Assembly (NCBI GenBank): GCA_002104945.1
Contig: MCFH01000060.1
Span: 248,001 to 312,000, forward strand
Origin: Piromyces finnis finn
Lineage: Eukaryota > Fungi > Neocallimastigomycota
Length of the DNA: 64,000 nucleotides
Direction: 5' to 3'
Below the pieces are notes generated by a model. The model made no database searches. It was not told the DNA's origin and saw only the letters and a program-made list of their open reading frames with translations. Below, one piece after another: positions 12,961 through 26,500 of this stretch. The number at the start of each line of letters is the position of its first letter. Position 1 is the stretch's first letter. The position numbers and the translations under genes were made by a program.

Positions 12961-15660
12961 AATATTAAATATTAAATAAATAAATAATATATTATACTAT
13001 ATTATATTAAATGATAATATTATTAATAAAAATATAATTATTAATAAATATTAATAAATATTGTAAATATTATTAAATATTAAAATTAATAATTATTAAT
13101 AAATGATGATGCAATTTTTTATTTAATTTTTATGCTTTTTTTAATTTAAAAATTATTTTTCCTTTTTTTAGGCAGAACCAAAAAAAGTATTTATACACAA
13201 GAAAATCTTTTTTTTTTTTACTTACTTTTCTTAGCAAAATTATTTTTTTTCTTTTTATCAAAAGATTAAGCAACAAACAAAGCGGCTGATTTTTAATAAA
13301 TCAAACCAAAAAAAAGCTACAAAAAACAAAAGCAAAAAACAAGCAACAAAAGCAACAAACAAAGCAAAAAACAAAACAAAAAATATTTTTAAAAATTTAT
13401 AATATTAAATATTAATAACAATAAATTTAATAGTTTTAATAATAATAAATCCAAATAACAAAAAAAAACACAATACTCTTAAATAATAGTGCTATTGGAT
13501 TTTTTTTTTTTTTTTTAACAAAAATAAAAGCAAAATATATTTTAGGATAAATTAGTAATATTAGAATTTTTTATATATATTTTATATTTTTTATTTTATA
13601 GTTTTAGCATTTTTTATATATTTTATAGTATTTTTTTTACTACTTAACGACATCATAATATATTTAGTAATATAGTAAAAAAAAAAAAAAGAAAAAGACA
13701 TTTACATTTTATAGTTTTAGATCAAATAGTATGTTATCATAGTTTTTAAACTATTTCTTTAATAATATAAATATAATTTATATATATACATATCTATATT
13801 TTTTATTAAAAAAAGTAATACCATTTTAATTTATGACTTGAAAAAATAATACTTTTCTTTTTTTTATATTATATCATAGAATAAACAATATTTTTATTAA
13901 AAATTATTTTTATTTAATTTATTTATTGGGCTTATAAAATCGTAAGTGTTCTTTTTTAATATGTTTCATACTCTTTTTTTTTTTTTAAAAAAAAAAAACA
14001 ACTAATTAAAAAAATTATATTTTCATATCTTTAAAGATTTCTATTTTTTTTTATGCAAGAAATTAGACAGAAATATTTGTAATAAACCCATAACAAAAAA
14101 AAAAAAAAAACAAAAAAAAAAAAAAACTTTACAAACCAAACCAAAAAAAAAACTAAATTTTAATAATAACTATGAATAATAACAATTGTTATCCTTTGAG
14201 AAATAAAAGAAATATTTTCATATAACAGTTAACTATTCTTTCCTAATACCAAAAGCGAAATTCATTAATAATATATTTACATCATAATAATATAATACAA
14301 AAAATAATAACGTTTTAGAACATATACTCATTAATTAATTATAAAATATTATCAATAAACTCAACAACGCTATAAATAATCCAAAAAAAAAACATTGTTT
14401 TTAAAAGAAGAACACAACTTAAAAGTTATTCTCATTTTTTTATAAAGGGTTGTTTCAACCATTGAAAAATACCTATTCAATTAGGCAATTTATTCACGCT
14501 AGCAAAAGAATTTTAAATATTGCATTCGCAACTATTTATAATCTTTGTTTCTTAATAAAAGTACTTTGTGTACTACAACTACATACCTAACCTAACTACA
14601 TCATTATTCGATATACTCTTAACTTAATTCAAAACATGCATAAATTAATTCACTAATATTTTTTTAATTTTTTCATAAAAAAATTTAACGCCTTTTTTTT
14701 TGTAAAAGTATACCTACAAAAATAATACTAATTTTTATAGTAAAACCAACGTTCAAAATATAAAAAGAGAAAAAATAAATAGTATATATATATTTTTCAA
14801 TATATATATTTCTTTTAAGATAGCTATTATCTTTACATTTTTATACAACCATCAAATTAATCCTTATCAAAATTATCTAAATGATTTAACAAAAAAGATA
14901 AATTTATTATAGTTTCATTAAAGAAAATTTTATATTCCTGAAACGAAGAAAGTCATTTTCAACTACGAAAAAGTAATTTTTGAAATCGAAATCATTTAAT
15001 TGGAAAAATAACAAAAAAAAAAAAAAAAAAAAAGAGAAAAAACATTTTACACGATATATTTAAAAATCTATATACAAAAAAAAAAAAATTCTAGAAACAA
15101 TTTATTGTTTGGAAATAAAAAAAAGTTTTTAAAGGCCATCCTTTAATATCAACAAAGAATTCATTCATTGTACTATTAGATAACAAGAAAAATTATCTAC
15201 TCAACTTGTATTTTTTATTATTTGTTCACGAAAGTGTGAAACTTTTAATAAAAATATTTAGCAGAAAAATAATTTATTTCAGTTGACAAATTTGTAACTT
15301 TTAAACCCGATTGCTCGTTTAAAAATTATATTTTGATCAATTCCATATAATTTATTAATTCGAAAAAAAAAGCGACAACTCACTTTTATTATTCAAGTAT
15401 CTATTATTTTGTTTTAATTTTAAATAATTTTTTAAAATTTAAACAAATCAAAAAATAAAAAAAAATTTTTTTTGTAAATATAATCAATTTTTCAAAAAGA
15501 GAAAGTTTTTTAAAATATAATATCTTCAAGGTCAGTCCTACTGAAGAAGAAGAAAGAGATTTGTGAAGCAAAGGAAAATAAACCAAAAACCAAAAAACGA
15601 AAAAAAAAAATTGATTTATATCATAAAAACAACAAAATAAATAAAAAGACTTTATTCAAC

Positions 15661-18600
15661 ATGCCAGATAAAGATATCGATCCTGAACATTTATTAGGAA
15701 AAGTACTTCCATTCTCCGGAGGTTTAAAACTTGAAAGTATTTTAGGATATGGTTCATTTGCCACGGTATACAAAGCAGTGAACAAGGAAGGTCATGTTTT
15801 TGCCGTTAAATGGCTTAATAAAATTGGAATGACGGAAAAAGAAAAAACACTTCAAAAGGATGAAGTCATGTACATGAAAATGCTTGGTGATCATAAAAAT
15901 ATCATTCGTCTTTACGATGTCATTGAAACAAGTGAATCCCTTTTTCTAATTTTAGAGTGTTGTACCACCGATTTATACGAACTTATCACACAGTCTGAAA
16001 AGCAGTTGGAAATACCACGTGTCAAACGTTATTTTAATGAATTGTGTGATGGCGTTAGCCATTGTCACAACAATCATATCTTTCATCGTGATTTAAAGCC
16101 AGAAAATATTCTTTTATCTGAAGATGATCATTGTAAGATTTCAGATTTTGGCTTGTGTTGTTTCGATGAATGGACCAATGATTTCAACTGTGGTAGTTTA
16201 AGATACATGTCTCCTGAATGTATTGAAAATGAAGATGACTATGATGATGAAGATGACTATGAAGATGATGATGACTATGATGATTATGACGATAACTACT
16301 ATGGTGGTAGAAGAAAAAGAAAAAATGAAAGAGATGGATTAGAATGTAATTCAAAAGGTAGTGATGTCTGGGCCTTAGGAGTTATTCTTATCAATATGAT
16401 TTTTGGTCAAAATCCATGGTCATCTGCTGATATGGAAAATCCAACGTTTAACATGTTCATTTGTCAGGATTCTAATGTCCTACAGAGAAAGTTGGGTCTT
16501 TCTGATCAATTTAACCGTATTGTTAAACGTATGTTCTCCAAAAATGTCTATGATCGTTATAGTTTAGAGGAGCTTCGTGCTGAAGTTAATCGTATTGATG
16601 TCTTTGCCGATTTCAGTAAGAGAGTCAGTAATTATCTTGGTGTTGATGAAGACTTTACCAATACCTCCGATATCGTTTCTGATGAAAACAAGGAAGAGGA
16701 AGACGATGGTAGTCAATACGATAATTATGATGACTATGATGATTGGTATCAAGAAGATATTTATGATGATCAACGTGATCATGCTGTCGTTCCAGATATC
16801 GATACATTAGAATTAGAAAATGAAAATGGAGAACCAGAACCTTTTGATTATTCATTCAATTACAAGAGTAATGTTCCTGCTATTGGATCTTGGGGGGATG
16901 ACTTTGATGATGAAGACATGGCCACTGAATTAACACCAAGAGTCATGGATACTATGGAAGAAGAAGAAGAAGAAAATTATACCTCTACTTCCAACAAGAT
17001 AAAATCTTATATCAACCCATCCTATCATGATACCTCTATTCCTATGAGTTGGGAGAATCGTGATGATACCAATGATTCTACTACTATCAAAGAAAATAGA
17101 AACGAATCCATTGAATGGGAAAAGGTAGAACAACACGAGAGTAAGAACAACATGTCCATTTTTGACTATGCCTACTCCAAAGATAAAATGAATGAATGGA
17201 GAAAGGAAGATGAAGAAGATCAAACCGAAAGTGAAGAAAGTTTAACCACCCCTACCATTGAAAAAATTCATTCTTTCAGTCATAATAAGCTATTTGAAGC
17301 TGCCATAAGAAAGAATGCCAGTGGTGGAAACAAACAACATGGTCTTGTCAATAAAAAGTCGGTTCAACTTCGTTGGGAAGATCTTTTTGATTCTGATGAA
17401 GATCAAAAGAATGAAGAAACCCGTGGTATAAACGATTCTATCACATCTTCACAGAACGATGAAGAGGAACGTCCAAAGAATAGATTCCAAATTAGTGAAC
17501 AAGTTCTTCCAAGTTCATGGAATTACCAACAAGGTTTGAGTTGGGGTGATATGATGGATGATGAAGATGAAATTATTCCATCTAAACCTCAACCTGAAGT
17601 TGTCTTGGCCCAACCACCAAATAAAGCAAAACCAAAGCAAAAACCAAAGCAAATTAAAACAGCCTTTACCAAGGAAAGTAATGAAAATTTATTCAAGAAA
17701 GAAAAAGTTCCAGTATCTTCAGAAGTTTTCTCCATGACCACTCCTTCTCTTCTTACCAATGGTATGCAAAAGAAATTCAAGGAGATTACCAAAAAGAATC
17801 ATAAAGAAAAGAAATCTCAAAATTCCAAGAGTAAACGTAAGAATTCCAAGGAAGCAACAGCAACAACATCAACAGCTGTTTCAGTTGTAGTAAAAGATAA
17901 GGAAACACGTCGTCATCATAAATCAAAGAAAGAAAGTCGAGAAAAAGAAGAGGAAAGAAGTTCAGGCGCCGATGCCATCAAGATCAAATTATCAAAACAC
18001 AAGCATCACCATAACCATTCAAAAACCACATCCACCGAGAAATCGATTGGTAAAAGTAAAAAATCATCGACCAAACATAGTCATAAATCCAACAAATCAG
18101 ATAAAATTGATGCCACTTCCTACCATCCTTTATTCACGGTCGATACATTGACCGTTCCCCAAATCGGCTATTCCTCTGAAACTGTCGATGACATGTCCAG
18201 TAGTACCGCAAATGTTACCTCTGAAATGCATCGTAAGAACAAGAGTAAAAGCAAGAATAAAAATAAAAACAATAGTAAACATCATCATAAACATGATCAT
18301 AAACATAAATCTACCACTTCCTCCAAACAAAATCAACCAAAGTCCACCACTTCTCATGTCAATCCTCCACCGACATCTGTACAATTAGATTGGGAAGATT
18401 TATTTAGTAGTGATGGAGAGGAAAAGACAACCACAACCAAAACAGAATCTATCAAGATAAATAACAAAAGCTTTACCCAAGATGAGGCTATCGAAGCGGA
18501 AGATGAACTCTTTAACCTTTCTAATAATATTAAAGCCCTTGATATTGGAAATGAAAAGGTGAATCAAAATACCTCTTCTACTGTAAATAAAATGGTAGAT

Positions 18601-18663
18601 TCTGCTATTTCCGTGAGTGAAACCAATTTATCAAAAGAAATAAAAAATTTAAATTTACATTAA
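15661..18663 (+). CDS. Ser/Thr protein kinase, fungal RAN (Ran1/Pat1, Ksp1/Sks1-like) family, with long disordered C-terminal tail
   Basis: LGYGSFATVYK, AVKWL, HRDLKPENILL, DFGL, CGSLRYMSPEC and DVWALGVILINMIFGQNPW. The YMSPEC and GxNPW signatures are typical of the RAN family. Confidence 0.9.
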   Translation: MPDKDIDPEHLLGKVLPFSGGLKLESILGYGSFATVYKAVNKEGHVFAVKWLNKIGMTEKEKTLQKDEVMYMKMLGDHKNIIRLYDVIETSESLFLILECCTTDLYELITQSEKQLEIPRVKRYFNELCDGVSHCHNNHIFHRDLKPENILLSEDDHCKISDFGLCCFDEWTNDFNCGSLRYMSPECIENEDDYDDEDDYEDDDDYDDYDDNYYGGRRKRKNERDGLECNSKGSDVWALGVILINMIFGQNPWSSADMENPTFNMFICQDSNVLQRKLGLSDQFNRIVKRMFSKNVYDRYSLEELRAEVNRIDVFADFSKRVSNYLGVDEDFTNTSDIVSDENKEEEDDGSQYDNYDDYDDWYQEDIYDDQRDHAVVPDIDTLELENENGEPEPFDYSFNYKSNVPAIGSWGDDFDDEDMATELTPRVMDTMEEEEEENYTSTSNKIKSYINPSYHDTSIPMSWENRDDTNDSTTIKENRNESIEWEKVEQHESKNNMSIFDYAYSKDKMNEWRKEDEEDQTESEESLTTPTIEKIHSFSHNKLFEAAIRKNASGGNKQHGLVNKKSVQLRWEDLFDSDEDQKNEETRGINDSITSSQNDEEERPKNRFQISEQVLPSSWNYQQGLSWGDMMDDEDEIIPSKPQPEVVLAQPPNKAKPKQKPKQIKTAFTKESNENLFKKEKVPVSSEVFSMTTPSLLTNGMQKKFKEITKKNHKEKKSQNSKSKRKNSKEATATTSTAVSVVVKDKETRRHHKSKKESREKEEERSSGADAIKIKLSKHKHHHNHSKTTSTEKSIGKSKKSSTKHSHKSNKSDKIDATSYHPLFTVDTLTVPQIGYSSETVDDMSSSTANVTSEMHRKNKSKSKNKNKNNSKHHHKHDHKHKSTTSSKQNQPKSTTSHVNPPPTSVQLDWEDLFSSDGEEKTTTTKTESIKINNKSFTQDEAIEAEDELFNLSNNIKALDIGNEKVNQNTSSTVNKMVDSAISVSETNLSKEIKNLNLH

Positions 18664-19134
18664 AAATTTTATAGAATTCTTTCACATCCGTTATTCTTTT
18701 TTTCATCTCTAACATTAGATGAAATGATCCTTTTTTTTTTTTTGGTTTTATATTATAAAAAAAAAAAAAAAGATGGTAATCATGAAAAAAATTTTTATTT
18801 CAATTGAAAAAATGGTTTTTTTTTCTACAAAAAATTTTAATAGTAAAAAATAAAAAAAATGTAAAAAAAAAAAAAAAAAAATTATTAACATTCTTTAGAA
18901 AAAAAAAAATAATTTTTTTTTTTTTTTTAAATAAAACGCAATAAAACAAAATAAAAAAAAAAAAGTTTAAAAAGTAAAGGAGTGTTTCTAGGTTTAAGGT
19001 GTGAGTGTTTGTGTTTTATCAGGCGGTAAGAGTTGAATGTATGTAGGTGGTGGGTGTGGGGGTGTGATGAATTTTGTAGTAGACTATATTTATTGTTTAT
19101 TTCTAATCCATTTTAAATTAATAAAGTCTTGATA

Positions 19135-20123
<989 letters not shown>

Positions 20124-20221
20124 CTATTAACACTTTTTTTTTTTTTTAATTATTATTTTTAATTTTGTTTTTTTATTAATAAAATTTAAAAATATTTGAT
20201 ACCGTTAAAAAAAAAATAATA

Positions 20222-20324
20222 ATTATTCAAGCTTGCAAACAGGTTCAAAATGAACATCTGGGGAGGTAACAACTTCTTCGGTATTCTTAGTAGCGTCAAT
20301 CATTTTCAATCAATAACAATCTTT
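20222..20324 (-). pseudogene. Processed (intron-less) fragment of the RanBP1/YRB1 mRNA 5' end
   Basis: Minus strand reads aaagattgttattgattgaaa ATG ATT GAC GCT ACT AAG|AAT ACC GAA GAA GTT GTT ACC TCC CCA GAT GTT CAT TTT GAA CCT GTT TGC AAG CTT GAA TAA. This matches the 5' UTR, exon 1 and exon 2 of the gene at 33620, joined exactly at the splice junction. Confidence 0.9.
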
Positions 20325-20525
20325 AGAAAAAAAAAAAAAATTCATGACATGTTTAGTTGTACTTTGCTGACAAGTTGATACAAGAAATTTTTAATATTTC
20401 TTTTCTTTTAAATATATATATTCAAACATTATTATGTCATTTCGATACACGTATTAGACTTATCATCGATAATATTATAACATATTTGGACAAATGACAT
20501 TTTGGTTTACCATTGAACTATCTAA

Positions 20526-20590
20526 CTAAACAAACAAACAAACAAACAAACAAACAAACAAACAAACAAACAAACAAACAAAAAAACAAA

Positions 20591-20673
<83 letters not shown>

Positions 20674-20675
20674 AT
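20526..20675. repeat. Compound (AAAC)n-(AAAT)n microsatellite
   Basis: Directly visible. Confidence 0.95.
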
Positions 20676-20995
20676 ATATTTAAAATGTTTTTATTTTTCT
20701 TTATTTTAAGGTTAATGTAGTACAGGTCACAAAACTAGGTTGTGGTGACTTTTTTTGATATTTTAATTTTTCTTATATAAACTTGTTAATTTTTTTTTTT
20801 CTTAAAAAAACATAACAAGCAAATTAAACAATTAAATATTTTTGTAATTGTTTAATTACTCTATTTGTATTTTGTATTTTATTTTGTATTATTTGTATTT
20901 CTTTTATATTTGAAATTTGTATTATTTGTAATTTTATATTATTTTTACTTTTTTTTTTTTTTAATTTTAAAGACAGCAAAACATTTATTTTTTTT

Positions 20996-21682
20996 TTAAT
21001 AAAATAATATTAATAATAATAAAGAAGCCATTAATAAAATACTATTAACTTTAACAGTATAGGCATTGCTAGTCATAATATGTCTAGATTTACATTCATC
21101 GGACTCTAATTTAGAAATCATCAAATCTATTGCTTTAATTTCTTGGTATGAAAATTTTTCCTCCATAAATGATAAATTTTCAATAGCTCCTATTGATTCT
21201 AGATTAAAACGCTTAGCACGTTCAACTAAATCGTCAGTGCATTTTTCAGAGTAACATGTATCATCTATAGCCATTTCTCCACCAGTATGTGTTAGTACAT
21301 GTAAGGAATAAGGACATAAATTACCTTTTTCATCAAAAAAACATTTAAAAGATAAAGAATTTATGACTTGTTTAAATACAATTGGTTGAATAAATTCTTT
21401 AAACATAGAATTTTTACTACAAATAGGGAATTGTTTAGTTAAATCAGATTCATAAAAACGTTGACATTTTTCAGAATACATGTCTTCACATTTTCTTTTA
21501 TAATTGCTCAAATCAATTTTTGGCATGCATCTACCTAAATCAGAATTTTTTAATTCAATAGCACATTCTTCAGAAGCAATTTCTTCATTTTCAATAGTGG
21601 TATCATCTCTTTTGAAAATAACAGAACTGGCCAAAGAAGTAATAGTAAATAATAAAATAGTATAAAATTTAATAATATTCAT
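20996..21682 (-). CDS. Secreted Cys-rich protein with probable GPI-anchor or C-terminal membrane signal, function unknown
   Basis: 228-aa ORF with an N-terminal hydrophobic signal peptide followed by KR, about 10 Cys, and a small-residue site (SNA) before a terminal hydrophobic tail. Confidence 0.85.
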   Translation of the reverse strand: MNIIKFYTILLFTITSLASSVIFKRDDTTIENEEIASEECAIELKNSDLGRCMPKIDLSNYKRKCEDMYSEKCQRFYESDLTKQFPICSKNSMFKEFIQPIVFKQVINSLSFKCFFDEKGNLCPYSLHVLTHTGGEMAIDDTCYSEKCTDDLVERAKRFNLESIGAIENLSFMEEKFSYQEIKAIDLMISKLESDECKSRHIMTSNAYTVKVNSILLMASLLLLILFY

Positions 21683-22679
21683 TTTAATTTATTAAACTAT
21701 TTTATTATTATTATTAAAAGAAGCTACTATTATTATTAAATTATTAAATAGAATTAGTTTTATAATTATTAAATTTAGAATTTTTATTTTTTTTTTTTTT
21801 TTAATATATAGAAAAAAAAAAAAAGTTCACTAATCAAATTTTTTACCAGAAAAAAAAAAAAAAACCAATAGATGAAATATTTACCTTACCACATCCATGA
21901 GATTAAAAATAAAATTTGACCTTTTAAGCGGTATATATGATGAGCACATTTATAAAAATATAATTTTATATTGAATTAACCTTATTGTAAAAGTGTCAGT
22001 CAATAAAAAGGTATAAACTTTTTCAGTCATAAGATTATTGTTGTTAATAATTATAACATTCCCTGACTTATTGGAGTTTTTTTTTTTTTTTGAAAAAATT
22101 ATTAGTGTATTCCTTTTTTAATTTTTTATAACCAAAAAAAATAATTAAATAAAAGTTGTCTTTGATATTCATATTGTACATGTTGTATATATATTTTTTA
22201 AAATTTATTATTGTGTGCACTTTGCTTTAGTTTTGTGGTATATAATTGCTGGTAATAAGAATAATCTTGAGTATAATAAAAATTAAAAAAATTACAAAAA
22301 AGTGAAATTTTAGAAAAAATTCTGGTTAAGAGTCTGGTAAGGGTCGAATTTCTTCTGGCTAAAAAGTCTGACTAAAATCTAGGATAAATGCTAATTTTTA
22401 AAGTATTTGAAAGAATACAATTTATTATAATGAAGGTGATTTCGAGCCAGAGGATATTAAATTATTAAAAATGGAAAATAATAATTTCAAGAGATTTTTA
22501 TTACTTTAATGAAAAAGGAAAAAAAAACAATAGAAGCGCTAGAAAAAATTTTAAAAAAAAAGAATTGTTTGAAAACTATAAAAATGAAATTATAGATTTA
22601 TTATTAAGTTTTAGAGGCCAATATAAATATAATTAAAGAGTTTCAGTAATAAATAAAAATATCTATGTTTATCATAAAA

Positions 22680-23110
22680 AGGATGTAATAGAAATTATAA
22701 AATCATTAGTTGATAAAGGTATTAATATTAGAAGATTTATTGAATTTTTATTTTAAAAGTAAATATTAATGATGATACATTATTACATATTGCTTCTAAA
22801 CCATACCTATTTTAAAACACTTACGAGTATGAAAATAACAATAGAATATTTAATAAAAAAAAAAAAAAAAATAGGCACTAATGTAAATAATAAAGGTGAA
22901 ACCTGTATTGTTCATTTTTCTATTATTACACTAAAGTAATATTAATGTATACCTAATCCTCCAGAAAATCTAGGATAAATACTAATTCATCTTGTAAAAA
23001 AAAAAAAAAAAAATTGCAAACAAATAAAAAATGAAGTACTATTATGAAAGAGAAGAAATGTCTATATAAAATGTTAATTGATTATAATGCAGATATAAAA
23101 TAAACAAGAT
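22680..23110 (+). pseudogene. Decayed ankyrin-repeat gene fragment
   Basis: Fragments DVIEIIKSLVDKGINIR, NDDTLLHIASK, GTNVNNKGETC and MLIDYNADIK* lie in different frames. Confidence 0.6.
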
Positions 23111-23300
23111 GTTAGTATAGAAATAATCAAAGAATGAATGTAAGGACAACCTCACAGAAAATGATTATATTTATGATCATCAATTACACACTTTCGCTTT
23201 ATGATAATAATAAAAAATTTTTTTTTTATTTTATTTTTTTCCCTCTTCTTTAAAAATGAAAATATTTTAAATATCTACATTAATGCCTAGTATTTTATTT

Positions 23301-23348
<48 letters not shown>

Positions 23349-23579
23349 AATAATAAATGACCATTAAAAATGTATATTTGAGAAGGAGGAATAAAATAGG
23401 TGTTGCTATTTTTTAAAAAGATAATTTTTTTTTACCTTTTTTAGATAATCAATAGTTAATACTTTTTTATAAATATAAAAAAAAAAAAGAAAAAATTTAA
23501 AGATATTCAATTTTTATTAGATGAAATATTGTTTGGTATTGTAATATCCTTTTGTAGGATTAAAAAAAAAATAAACTTT

Positions 23580-26500
23580 TTAAAGTTTTCGTGATTTACT
23601 ACGGGTGATACGTGTACTTATGGCTGGTGAACTAATAAAGAAAAAATAAAGAATATATAAAAAGGTTAAATTAGATTGAAAATATATATATATATCCTAA
23701 TTAATATGAATTTTAGGTCTGTAAAGATGAAATTACCTTAAATTTTCTTTTCTTTTTCTTTTCTTGGTTTTGGTTGTGGATGTTGGTGAAGTTGGTGCAG
23801 ATACTTCTTCAGTAGAAATGTCATCTTCTTTAATTGAAAGATTTTCTGTGGTGGCATCTTCATCTTCATCCATAGCAGAAACAGTTGATGATTTATTTTT
23901 ATTATCAACATCATTATCAGTTTCAGCATTATCGGCATCATCAGTATTTCTTTCCTTTTCTTCTTCTTTAGTATCACTTTCCGTGGTATCTGTTTTATCT
24001 TCTTTTTCATTACTCTTTTCTTCATTTTCGTTATCTTCTTCTTCGTCTTCTTCTTCTTCAACAATTTCTTCTGATTTACTTACAGTTCTTGAACGACGTC
24101 CACGAGAGCTAACTGAACTTTTTTTACTTGTTTCCATATCATCAACATCTTCATTTACGGATGAAGCTTTAGATTTGGATCTTTTATGACTACCACTTTA
24201 TTATCCGATCATTTGATTAAATAAAAATATTTTAATATTTTAATATTATATTATAGATATATTGTAGATATATAGAGATTTATAAATGTATATTCAATTT
24301 AATTTTATCTTTTCTTTTTTTATAAAGACTTACGTTCTTTTTCTAGAATGTGCAAGATTCTTTTCTTTTTCATTTTTCTATATAAAATTTAATAAAGAAA
24401 AAAATTTTTTTTTTTAAAATTATTATAATTATTATTTTTTTTTTTTTTTTTAAATTTATTTTATATATAAAATAGTAAATTTTTTTTTTTTCTCGAGTTA
24501 CCTCTTTTTCAATATATTCACTTGGTATATAAAGTTGTGAAACATTCTACAGAATAGATAAAATAAAATTATTAATTTATATATTATTATTTTTTTTATT
24601 ATAAATATATTTTTTTTATTTATATTTTAATAATTCCGCTTTCCTTCTCCTCCACTCTTAGGTGTTTTAATTCTTACCTTTTCTCCTTCATCAGCAGCAA
24701 GTTTTGAATATAAACTTTTTGGGAATTTATCAAAAGTACCTGGGTAGGTTAAAAGAGCCCAATCTGCTGAAACATACTTTTCTCTAATAATATATTGAGC
24801 TAAATCACTAATTAAATAAATTTCCTAAAAAAAAAAAAAAATAGTAGATAAAAAAAGGTAAAAGAGGTGAATATCAAAATAAAAGTATATACATATATAT
24901 ATATATCATAGTCATATTTTTCTTACTCTTGAAGTTTTAGAATAAATATCTCTATAAATTTTTATTTGGGCAGCAAGATAAAAGATAAAGGAAATATTTT
25001 CTCTTGAAATAACAATATCTCCATAAAATTCTAAATATCTATATCAATATATAAATATAAATAAGTAAGTAAATAAATATATATATATAAATACTATGGA
25101 CAATATCTAAAAAATGTTGATATATATTATATATAATTTTTAAAATTATAAAAAAAAAAAAAAAAAAATGTTTTTTTGCTTTACTTGGAGAAAATATTTA
25201 AAATTTCAAATTTTTGTTCAAGCGTTATCATATCATTAAAGTAATTATTAATGTCGGAATGGTGTGCAAGAATATGAACAAAATGAAGGAATAAAGTTTC
25301 CATTAAAGCCACTGTACTTTTATTCTTTTTTAATGATTTAGTTAATCTTATGATTGAATTTTTAATGGTATCTCTAAGATCTTTTTCAGGTTCATGAGCT
25401 ACTAAAAATAATATAGGAAGATAGCGAATGTGGATTTTTCGATTATAAATAAGGAACAATAATTTTTTGGAAAAGCTTTCTCGAATTTCAGCACAGGGAT
25501 CTTGAATAATGAGAGTGAGGGATAAATAATCATTCATGGTGATCATGGTTTCAAAAACTGGATGCTTTGCTAAACTTAAAAGACATTGACCTGCTTTTAA
25601 TCTTAAATGATACCTTTGAATGATACTGTATTTACCCATTGTAGGCATTAAAATATATCAATAAATATTAAAAGTTAGTAAATATATTAATAATAAATAA
25701 AAAAATTAGTAGTAATATTATTAAATGTATGTTCATTGCTTATAATCTATAGTCAATAATCTATATTTTATAATTTATAACTTGGTGTGTCTATTTTATT
25801 ATTTTTATATATATTTATATAATTTTTAATTTTTTTTTTTTTTTTTTTACCTAGTATTATTTGTAGGTACAATTTCACCTTCATTAGTAATAAGTCGACG
25901 ACAAAGTTTAATAAAAGGTTGAGCAAGGGTATAAGCTAATTCAGGAGTATCCTTGGCAGCTACAATTCTTTTCAACATAAGTTTAAGACCAGTACATTTT
26001 ATTTTGCATTCATCGTCAACATTAGTATATTCTACCCAATCATCTTGATCTTCATCAAATGTAGAATTCTAAAAATTATTAAAAATAAAAAAAAAGAAAA
26101 ATTTTTTTTTTTTTTTATAATTTATGAATTAAAATAAGTTAGAGAAAATGTTTTTTATAGATGATATATCTTTTTCTACTAACTAATACTTTTAAATGGT
26201 GGCATTATTTTTTTTTATTATATACGTATATATATTTACCTTATTTTTAAGAAGTACATCCTTAATAATAAAAGATACTAATTTTGTACCATTATCATTT
26301 TCTTCAAATAATGCATTTGCATACTTTGCTAAAACACTAAGAGATGTTAATCTAGTGACAATATTTACTGAATCTACAGAAATCTCATCAGAAAGATTCT
26401 GTGATAATAATAATTAATTAAAAAAAAATGGATATATTAATATTAATTAAATAATTATATATTTGTAATTTTTTTTTATATATTAAAATTAATAAACTAT

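Noticed and set aside
16564-18388. Short overlapping or antisense ORFs within the kinase (similarly within Hsp70, the twin genes, the CBM18 gene and pol)
   Set aside because: Shadow frames of real CDSs with no independent motifs.
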